DNA from: Solirubrobacteraceae bacterium
Lineage (GTDB): Bacteria > Actinomycetota > Thermoleophilia > Solirubrobacterales > Solirubrobacteraceae
NCBI GenBank assembly: GCA_051001255.1
Contig: JBPCNM010000194.1
Span: 1 to 26,587 of the forward strand
Direction of reading: 5' to 3'
Length of the DNA stretch: 26,587 nucleotides
The stretch's first letter is position 1. Each line of letters begins with the position of its first letter. Below are positions 15,858-23,271 of this stretch, piece by piece. The translations under genes were made by a program, and so were the position numbers. The notes below the pieces were generated by a model. The model was not told where the DNA came from, did not search any database, and was given only the letters and a program-made list of their open reading frames with translations.

Positions 15858-17378
15858 TCAGGCCAGCAGCGGGCAGAGCCAGCCGAGCTGCGGGTCGGCC
15901 CGCAGCCCGCGCGTGGCCCGTGCGACGAGCCGCCGGTGCCGCGCGGACGGCCGCGGCGCCTTCACCTCGCGCCCGCGCCGCGCACCGCCCTTGAGCTTGA
16001 GGATGTCCACACCGCGCCCGTGGTCGGCCACGAAGATGTACCCGCGGTGGTAGTACGGCGCCCACGCGACGCCGTCGTCGGGCCGGTAGTACGCCACCTG
16101 CTTGGGCCTGCGCGGGTTGCGCACGTCTATGAACCGGGTCCCCTGGTCATACCAGGCGTAGGCGAGGATCCCGTTGCGCTGGTCGAAGTAGTGCGCCGAG
16201 CAGTACGGCGACGTCGGGGAGTCGACCCGCGTCCCCTCCTGGTCGTGCGGGTTCCACGTGCCGACGGTCTCGAGCCGGAACGGCTGCTCCGGCGTCGAGC
16301 GCCAGGCTTGGCCGTCGTAGGAGCCCTGCAGCGTCGCGATCGAGAACTGGGCGCTGCCGTTGCAGTCCGGCGGCGCGTCGGCCTCCTCGGTGGCGAGGAT
16401 CAGCTCGGACGGGTCGTAGCCGTGCCCGCGCCGCGGCCCGTCCCGGCGCTCGCTGCCCGCGGGCCGGAACGCGTTGTGCATGAACTCCGACGGCGCCGCA
16501 CCCGCCTCGAACTCGCCCCCGGCATACGGGATCGGGTCGGTCGCGGTCGCCCGGCGGGTCGCGCCTGAGAGCGGGTCGCGATGGCGGCCCTTGGTCCAGT
16601 AGCCGCGCACGCCGCCGCGCCCGGACACCCAGGCGACGCCGCCGCCGTCGACCTGGACGTCGTGCGAGTAGGCGGTCTCGCCGTCGTCGCGGAACAGGTC
16701 CACGGGCTTGCCCGGGTCGGTCCTCGGGCGCGCGGGATCGCGCACGTCGGTGACGATGATCGGGCGGCCGCCCGTCCACCCGAACATGGTCTTCTGCCCG
16801 TCCGAGCTGGCCGGCCCGCCCGTCCACAGGTAGTCACAGTCGTTGATGCAGGTGGTCGTGTGGCCGGTCGGGAGTTGATGGAACGTGATGATCCCCAGCC
16901 GCTCCGGGTTCTTCGCGTCGACGATGTAGACGCCGGCGATGCTCGTGTCGCTCGCGGTGGTGCCGGTGAACGAGCGCGGGTCGCGCGCCATGAACACCAG
17001 CTTGCGCCGCGCGTCGACGTCCATGTCCTCGTTCTGCCAGAAGGTCGAGAGCTGCTCTTCGGAATCGTCGGTGTCGACCGGCGGGTCGCCCGGCAGGCGC
17101 AGCGCCTCGTTGTCGACGGCGTCCAGGAACCTCGGCTTGCGCGGGTTCGAGATGTCGTAGGAGCGCAAGCCGAAGCGTCCGGTCGCGAGCATCACGTCGC
17201 GCTTGCGGTACTGGAGGAAGTTGATCGCCGTCGCCCGCTTCAGCTCCGGCAGGTTGGCCACGAAGCCGACGTTGCCGATCGCGCCCTGCGGCGGCTGAGG
17301 CTTGGGCTCGGCGCCCGCCGGCGCGGCCGCGAAGGCCAGGATGGCGGCCGAGGCCGCAAGCACGTGCGTCGCTCGCAT
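15858..17378 (-). CDS. Secreted LVIVD-repeat (beta-propeller-like) protein
   Basis: Signal peptide MRATHVLAASAAILAFAAAPAGA. Repeats SYDISNPRKP, IVDAKNPERL, VTDVRDPARP and FIDVRNPRRP. Confidence 0.82.
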   Translation of the reverse strand: MRATHVLAASAAILAFAAAPAGAEPKPQPPQGAIGNVGFVANLPELKRATAINFLQYRKRDVMLATGRFGLRSYDISNPRKPRFLDAVDNEALRLPGDPPVDTDDSEEQLSTFWQNEDMDVDARRKLVFMARDPRSFTGTTASDTSIAGVYIVDAKNPERLGIITFHQLPTGHTTTCINDCDYLWTGGPASSDGQKTMFGWTGGRPIIVTDVRDPARPRTDPGKPVDLFRDDGETAYSHDVQVDGGGVAWVSGRGGVRGYWTKGRHRDPLSGATRRATATDPIPYAGGEFEAGAAPSEFMHNAFRPAGSERRDGPRRGHGYDPSELILATEEADAPPDCNGSAQFSIATLQGSYDGQAWRSTPEQPFRLETVGTWNPHDQEGTRVDSPTSPYCSAHYFDQRNGILAYAWYDQGTRFIDVRNPRRPKQVAYYRPDDGVAWAPYYHRGYIFVADHGRGVDILKLKGGARRGREVKAPRPSARHRRLVARATRGLRADPQLGWLCPLLA

Positions 17379-17534
17379 GTACCCGTCCCGAGGTCGGATG
17401 ACGAGAGCCAAGGGAAACCTATCGCTCGGCGCCGGTGGCTGCACGAGGGCGTGCGGAGGCACGAGTGCCGGCGGCGAGGGCAGCCGGAGGTCATGCGCCC
17501 GTACTCCCAGCCGGAAACCACTAGGCTCGGACGG

Positions 17535-18323
17535 ATGACCGGCCGCGTGGCTCTGATCACCGGCGCGTCGAGCGGCCTCGGCGAGGCGGCCGCGCAGCGC
17601 CTGGCCCGCGAGCCCGGGATGCGGCTCGTCCTGGTCGCGCGGCGCGCCGACCGCTTGGAGGCGCTCGCCGCGACGCTTCCCGCCTCGGCGACCGCCCTGG
17701 CGCTCGACCTGCTGGACGACGGCGCGCCCGCACGCGCCCGCGCGCACGTGGAGGAGCAGCACGGCCGGCTCGACCTGCTCGTCAACAACGCGGGCGCCGG
17801 CGGCCGCGGCGGCTTCGCCGAGACCGGCTACCCGACGGTGCGCCAGAACATGGAGCTGAACTTCTTCGCCCAGGTGCGGCTCAGCGAGGCGCTGCTGCCG
17901 ATGCTGCGACGCTCGGCGCCGAGCGCGATCGTCAACGTGGCGAGCACCGCCGGCCGCGTCGCGCGCCCCGGCGTCGGCGCCTACTCTGCCTCCAAGGCCG
18001 CCTTCGCGGTGTGGAGCGACAGCCTGCGCGCCGAGGAGCGCCCGCACGGCGTCCACGTCGGCACCGTGATGCCGGGCTTCATCCCGACCGAGGGGTTCCC
18101 GCAGCGCGAGCTCGCGGCGAAGCGCACGACGCGCTGGATGCTGGGGACGCCGGAGCAGGCGGCCGAGGCGATCGCCGAAGTGGGCCTCGACCGCCGCGCG
18201 GAGCGCTACGTCCCGCGCTTCTACGCCGGGCTGGCGGCCCTGCGCACGATTGCGCCCGGCCTCGTCCGGCGCGCGCTGGCGAGCAAGCGTGCCGACGTCC
18301 TGGCGACGTCGACGCGCGAGTAG
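17535..18323 (+). CDS. Short-chain dehydrogenase/reductase
   Basis: TGASSGLG, LLVNNAG, NVAS and YSASK motifs. Confidence 0.93.
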   Translation: MTGRVALITGASSGLGEAAAQRLAREPGMRLVLVARRADRLEALAATLPASATALALDLLDDGAPARARAHVEEQHGRLDLLVNNAGAGGRGGFAETGYPTVRQNMELNFFAQVRLSEALLPMLRRSAPSAIVNVASTAGRVARPGVGAYSASKAAFAVWSDSLRAEERPHGVHVGTVMPGFIPTEGFPQRELAAKRTTRWMLGTPEQAAEAIAEVGLDRRAERYVPRFYAGLAALRTIAPGLVRRALASKRADVLATSTRE

Positions 18324-18373
18324 AGGCCACGCCGCCGAGGGCCACGCCGGCCCCCGGCGGCTACGTCGGACGG

Positions 18374-18648
18374 CTACAGCAGCCCGAGCAGTCCCAGCCC
18401 GAGCAGCCCCGGCGAGTCGCCGTCCTCGGTGTACGGGTTGGTCGACGTCTCGGTCCGCGGATCGTAGATCGAGCACACGGTGGTCGGCCTCAGGAGGCTG
18501 CCTCCGGGCTTGCACAGAAGCCCGCTCTTCGCCTCGTTGAGCGGATCCTGCTCCTGCGCGGCGGCGGGGCCGGCGGCCCGAGCGCGAGCGCGCCGGCGAT
18601 CGAGACGGCGGCCAGTGCCCGTCGGGGAGCGGTCGTGGTGAACCTCAT
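18374..18648 (-). pseudogene. Small secreted protein (about 91 aa) interrupted by a single-base frameshift; missed by the ORF track
   Basis: AGGAGG SD 7 nt before ATG 18648. MRFTTTAPRRALAAVSIAGALALG, a frameshift at the C3 run 18577-18579, then (A)AGPAAAQEQDPLNEAKSGLLCKPGGSLLRPTTVCSIYDPRTETSTNPYTEDGDSPGLLGLGLLGLL*. The span is 275 nt, one short of a multiple of 3. Confidence 0.7.
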
Positions 18649-18771
18649 GCGAACTGCCTCCTGCAGTCCGTCAGCCGCTCGGTGGAGACGTGCGTCGGTC
18701 GTAACCAGCTCCGCGCCGAGCAGTTCGGCGAGGGCGACGCAAGAGATCGTCCGCGGGGCGGCCGTTCAGGT

Positions 18772-19581
18772 TCAGACGCGCCCAGCGGCCCGCACCAGCG
18801 GGGCCGGCGCGGCGACGTCGACGAGGTTGCGCCGCACCTGGAGGTCGATCCCGCCCGGGGCGAACGTGTCGGAGGAGTGCTGGACGGCCTCGCCGGACCC
18901 CACGTGCATGATCTCCTCGAGCTCGAGCACCGCCGTCGCGCCCTGGACGCTCAGCGCGCGCCCCAGCAGCTCGCGGCTCGAGATCAGCCGCGGCCGCACG
19001 TGCGTCACCGCGAACGCCACCATCACGCCCTGCGCGAGCAGCACGTCGAGCACCATGCCGCCGGCCTCGATCGCGCCGCGCAGCCGCGGCTCGGGCGGCA
19101 GCGCCACGCCGGGATGCACGACGTCGCGCATCACGGCGACCGGCTCGCGGTCGGCGAGGATCGTGCGCGAGATCGTCCACGCCTCGGTGTCGGCCGAGAG
19201 GCCGAAGATGTCGCCCAGCTCGGCTCCGAGCCGGCGTTCGACGATCTCCAGGTCACGCACCGCGAGGGCCACGCCGCGGCGCTCGGCCAGCTCGGAGTAG
19301 GGCCGCAGCACCTCGAGGCCCTCGTGGAACGCGGTCGGCCGCACGACCTGACCGACGTAGGTGCCCGAGCCCTGCCGGCGGGTGATTTCGCCCGTCTCCT
19401 CGAGCCGATCGAGCGCGGTGCGCAGCGTCCCGCGCGAGACGCCGAGCATGGCCGCCAGCTCCAGCTCGGGCGGGAGCCGGTCGCCGGGGCGATGCGTGCC
19501 GGCAGCCAACCATGCCCGCAACGCCAGCTCGGTGTCGTCCACCAGTGAGGGACGCTGCGAGCCGGGGGGGAACGGCGTCAT
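18772..19581 (-). CDS. GntR family regulator (HutC/UTRA type)
   Basis: RLPPELELAAMLGVSRGTLRTAL...RRQGSGTYV plus a UTRA-like C-terminus. Alternative starts at 19590 and 19593. Confidence 0.9.
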   Translation of the reverse strand: MTPFPPGSQRPSLVDDTELALRAWLAAGTHRPGDRLPPELELAAMLGVSRGTLRTALDRLEETGEITRRQGSGTYVGQVVRPTAFHEGLEVLRPYSELAERRGVALAVRDLEIVERRLGAELGDIFGLSADTEAWTISRTILADREPVAVMRDVVHPGVALPPEPRLRGAIEAGGMVLDVLLAQGVMVAFAVTHVRPRLISSRELLGRALSVQGATAVLELEEIMHVGSGEAVQHSSDTFAPGGIDLQVRRNLVDVAAPAPLVRAAGRV

Positions 19582-19604
19582 GGCGGCCATCATCCCATCC
19601 GGAC

Positions 19605-21284
19605 CTAGAACAGCCCGACGGTCCGCCCCTCGGCGTCGATGTCCACGTTCAGCGCGGCCGGCGACTTGCCCAGGCCGGGCATCTGCGTGATGTCGCCGCA
19701 CAGCGGCACGAGCCAGCCCGCGCCGGTGTAGGCGCGGATGTCCCGAACGGGGAGCGTGAAGCCCTCCGGCGCATTGAGCATCGTCGGGTCCGACGAGAGC
19801 GAGAGGTGCGTCTTGGCCATGCAGACCGGGAAGTGCGCGAGGCCGTCGTCGGTGAACTGCGTCAGCTTCTTCTCCGCCTCGGGGTAGAAGTAGACGTCCT
19901 TGGCGCCGTAGACGCGCTTGGCGACCGCCTCGATCTTGTCCTGGATCGGCTCGTCGTCGGCGTAGAGATGCTTGAACCGGGTCGGCTGCTCACACGCCTG
20001 CACCACCGCGTTGGCCAGGTCGGCGGCGCCCGCCCCACCGCGCGCGAAGCCCTCGTTGGCCTCCGCGCCGAACGCGCCGGCCTCCAGGGCGAGCCGCTTG
20101 ACGAGCTCGACCTCCTCGTTGGTGTCGCCCGGGCGCCGGTTGACCGCGACGACGGCCGGCATCCCGAACTCGCCGATTATCCCGAGGTGGCGGCGCACGT
20201 TGGCCATGCCGGTCTCGATCGCCCGCAGCGCGGTCGAGCGGTCCACGCCGCCCGCCTCCTCGACGTTGCCGTGGTGCTTGATCGCCCGCACCGTCGTGAC
20301 GAGCACGACCGCGCTGGGCGTGAGGTTACCGAAGCGGCAGACGATGTCGAAGAACTTCTCCATCCCCATGTCGGAGCCGAAGCCCGACTCGGTCATCACG
20401 TAGTCGGCGATCTTCATGGCGACCTGGTCGGCGACCAGCGAGTTGTTGCCATGGGCGATGTTCGCGAACGGCCCGCAGTGCATTAGGCACGGCTGGCCCT
20501 CGAGCGTCTGCACGAGGTTCGGCTTGATCGCGTCCTTGAGCAGCACCGCCATCGCGCCGGCCGCGCCGAGGTCCTCCGCCGTGACCGGCTTGCCGCCGTC
20601 GAAGGAGTGCGCCACGGTGATCCGGCCCAGGCGCCCACGCAGGTCTTGCAGGTCCTTGGAGACGGCGAGGATCGCCATCACCTCCGAGGCGGCGGTGATG
20701 TCGAACCCCGACTCGCGCGGGTAGCCGTTGGCGCGGCCGCCGAGGCCGACCGAGATCTGGCGCAGCGCGCGGTCGTTCATGTCCAGCGCCCGGCGCCAGC
20801 CGACCCGGAGCTGGTCGATCTTGTGCACGTTGCCGTGCAGGATCGAGGCGTCGAGCATCGCGGCGAGCAGGTTGTTGGCCGCGCCGATCGCGTGGATGTC
20901 GCCGGTGAAGTGGAGGTTGAGGTCCTCCATCGGCACGATCTGGGTCATGCCGCCGCCGGCGGCGCCGCCCTTGATGCCGAACACGGGGCCCAGCGACGGC
21001 TCGCGCAGGCAGGCGACCGCGCGCTTGCCGATGTGGCCCATGCCCTGCGTGAGCCCGACCAGCGTCGTCGTCTTGCCCTCGCCCGCCTTGGTCGGCGTCA
21101 TGCCGGCTACGCAGATCAGCTTGCCGTCGGGCCGGTCGGCGAGCCGGTCGATCACGCTGAGGCCGATCTTGGCCTTGTAGCGGCCGTAGGGTTCGATCTC
21201 TTCAGGCTCCAGGCCACAGGACTCCGCGACCGTCTCGATCGGGATCAGCTCCGCTTCCTGCGCGATCTCCAGGCTGCTCTTCAT
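19605..21284 (-). CDS. fhs: Formate--tetrahydrofolate ligase
   Basis: TPTKAGEGKTT, REPSLGPVFGIKGGAAGGG, HCGPFANIAHG, TESGFG and CMAKTHLSLS. GGAGG SD. Confidence 0.96.
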   Translation of the reverse strand: MKSSLEIAQEAELIPIETVAESCGLEPEEIEPYGRYKAKIGLSVIDRLADRPDGKLICVAGMTPTKAGEGKTTTLVGLTQGMGHIGKRAVACLREPSLGPVFGIKGGAAGGGMTQIVPMEDLNLHFTGDIHAIGAANNLLAAMLDASILHGNVHKIDQLRVGWRRALDMNDRALRQISVGLGGRANGYPRESGFDITAASEVMAILAVSKDLQDLRGRLGRITVAHSFDGGKPVTAEDLGAAGAMAVLLKDAIKPNLVQTLEGQPCLMHCGPFANIAHGNNSLVADQVAMKIADYVMTESGFGSDMGMEKFFDIVCRFGNLTPSAVVLVTTVRAIKHHGNVEEAGGVDRSTALRAIETGMANVRRHLGIIGEFGMPAVVAVNRRPGDTNEEVELVKRLALEAGAFGAEANEGFARGGAGAADLANAVVQACEQPTRFKHLYADDEPIQDKIEAVAKRVYGAKDVYFYPEAEKKLTQFTDDGLAHFPVCMAKTHLSLSSDPTMLNAPEGFTLPVRDIRAYTGAGWLVPLCGDITQMPGLGKSPAALNVDIDAEGRTVGLF

Positions 21285-21301
21285 TGGGTACCCTCCGGGG
21301 A

Positions 21302-22513
21302 TCAGTGGCTGACGGCGGCGGCGGCGAGCTCGGACACGAGCTTGTCCTCGTAGAAGCGCTCGAGCTTGAACGGCTCGATCAGCTCCGGCTGGCGGCCGGT
21401 GTCGACCAGCTCGGCGAGGGTGGCGCCCACGATCGGCGCAGCCTTGAAGCCGTACGTGCCCCAGCCGGCGCTGACGTGGAAGTTCTCGACCTCCGTCTCG
21501 CCGAGGATCGGCGAGTAGTCCGGGCTCAGGTCGCACAGCCCGGCCCACGAGCGCAGGATCCGCGCGTGCTCGAGCTGGGGGAACAGCTCCAGCGTGTGGC
21601 GCGTGAGGTCCTGGAGGAAGTTCAGCGTCCCGTTCATCCGGTAGGTCGTCCACGGCTCGATCTCCGCGCCCATCACAAACTCGCCGCGATCGGTCTGGGA
21701 GATGTAGACGTGCATCTGCGAGGAGACGATCACGATGTCGAGCAGCGGCTTGACGGGCTCGGTCACGCAGGCCTGGAGGATGTGCGTGGTGATCGGGAGC
21801 GGCACGCCGGCCATGTCTGAGATCAGCGTGCTCCAGCCGGCCGTCGCGTTGATCACGACGCCTGCATCGACCCGCCCGCGGCTGCTGTTGACCGCGGTGA
21901 TGCGGTCGCCGGCCTTCTCGAAGCCGGTGACCTCGGTGTAGGGGTGGATCTCCGCGCCGCCGGCGTCGGCGCCGCGCGCCAGGCCCCAGACCACCGCGTC
22001 GTGGCGGATGATGCCGCCGGGCGGGTGATAGAGCGCGCCCTGGATCGGGTGCGTCGCGTCGGGCGAGACGTCCATCGCGGGGGCGAGCTTTCCGATCTCG
22101 TCGGGGCCGATCAGGCGGGAGTCGATCCCCTGGAGCCGGTTGACCTCGGCGCGGTTGGCCATCACGAACATCGCGCGATCGGTGTGGGCGAGCGTCAGGT
22201 GCCCGCACTGGCTGAACAGCAGGTTGAAGTTCAGCTCCTTGGAGAGGCCCTCGTAGAGCTTGATCGACGCGTCGTAGAAGCGCGCGCCCTCCGGCGTCTT
22301 GTAGTTGGAGCGCAGGATCGTCGTGTTGCGCCCGGCGGCGCCGGAGCCGATATAGCTCTTCTCGAGGACCGCGACATCGGTGATGCCGCGCTGCTTGAGG
22401 TAGTAGGCGGTGGCCAGCCCGTGCGAGCCGCCGCCGACGATCACGACGTCGTATCGCCTCTTGAGGTCCGGGCGCGGCCGCCACATGCGCCGCTTGCGGA
22501 AGATGTCAAGCAC
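21302..22513 (-). CDS. soxB: Heterotetrameric sarcosine oxidase-like beta subunit (FAD)
   Basis: GGGSHGLATAYYL, GRNTTILRSNY, IIRHDAVVWG (His at the covalent-FMN position) and GWGTYGFKAAP. Start is GTG 22513 or 22522. Confidence 0.85.
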   Translation of the reverse strand: MLDIFRKRRMWRPRPDLKRRYDVVIVGGGSHGLATAYYLKQRGITDVAVLEKSYIGSGAAGRNTTILRSNYKTPEGARFYDASIKLYEGLSKELNFNLLFSQCGHLTLAHTDRAMFVMANRAEVNRLQGIDSRLIGPDEIGKLAPAMDVSPDATHPIQGALYHPPGGIIRHDAVVWGLARGADAGGAEIHPYTEVTGFEKAGDRITAVNSSRGRVDAGVVINATAGWSTLISDMAGVPLPITTHILQACVTEPVKPLLDIVIVSSQMHVYISQTDRGEFVMGAEIEPWTTYRMNGTLNFLQDLTRHTLELFPQLEHARILRSWAGLCDLSPDYSPILGETEVENFHVSAGWGTYGFKAAPIVGATLAELVDTGRQPELIEPFKLERFYEDKLVSELAAAAVSH

Positions 22514-23240
22514 CGGCGGCACCTGCCTCGGCTGACGCCTGCCCTGTCTCGGCCGGAGGCCTCGTCACCGCTTCGCTCGCTCGCCCCGAGGGCTCGTCAC
22601 CGGCTGACGCCTCGCCGGCTTCGCCTCGCACGAGCGCGTCGTCGCCGACCGGGCCGCCGCCGAGGTGGCCGGCGGCGTCGGCGACCACCGTCCACACGTA
22701 CTGGCCCAGCGCGGAGCCGAACAGCATCAGGTAGCGGTCCTTGGCCTCGCACAGGATCCCGCCGGGCGTGCGCGCGACCGAGCCGGGACGCCAGTCGCCG
22801 GGCTTGGTCTGCTGCGGGCGCAGGTCGATCGCGGTGAAGCGCGCGAACGTCTCGCGCGCGAGCGGGCCGGCGAGGCGCAGGGCGGCGAAGCCGGTCGTCA
22901 CGTCGAGCGCGCCGGCGGGCGGCTCCCCGCCGAGGATCAACGCGCGGGTCTTGGTCAGCGGCAGCCAGGTGCCGTCACCGTCGACCGTCGACCGGCCGAG
23001 CTCGAGCGCGGGGAGGTCGCCTTGGATCTCGTACTTGCGCAGGTGCGAGCAGTCCGCGAACGCCACCCGCCGCAGGCTGGTCTCCTCGCCCGCGTAGGAC
23101 ACCGCGACGTTCCAGCCGTCGCGCAACTCGAAGCGGGCGCCCGCCGCGCGCGCCTGGCGCTCCATCGGCGAGCGGGCGACCGCCGGTGACGAGCCGTCAG
23201 GCGAGGCAGGAGCGGTCGCCGAGAGGAACTCGAAGCTCAC
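22506..23240 (-). CDS. soxG: Sarcosine oxidase gamma-subunit-like protein (GcvT folate-binding fold)
   Basis: GGAGG SD. DVTTGFAALRLAGPLARETFARFTAIDLR and position in the operon. Confidence 0.7.
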   Translation of the reverse strand: MSFEFLSATAPASPDGSSPAVARSPMERQARAAGARFELRDGWNVAVSYAGEETSLRRVAFADCSHLRKYEIQGDLPALELGRSTVDGDGTWLPLTKTRALILGGEPPAGALDVTTGFAALRLAGPLARETFARFTAIDLRPQQTKPGDWRPGSVARTPGGILCEAKDRYLMLFGSALGQYVWTVVADAAGHLGGGPVGDDALVRGEAGEASAGDEPSGRASEAVTRPPAETGQASAEAGAAGA

Positions 23241-23271
23241 GATCGACGCACCTCCGCGCCGGGCTGGATGG

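Noticed and set aside
18325-18350. GGCCACGCCG direct repeat after the SDR stop as a terminator
   Set aside because: A short GC-rich repeat that could arise by chance, with no clear stem plus U-tract.
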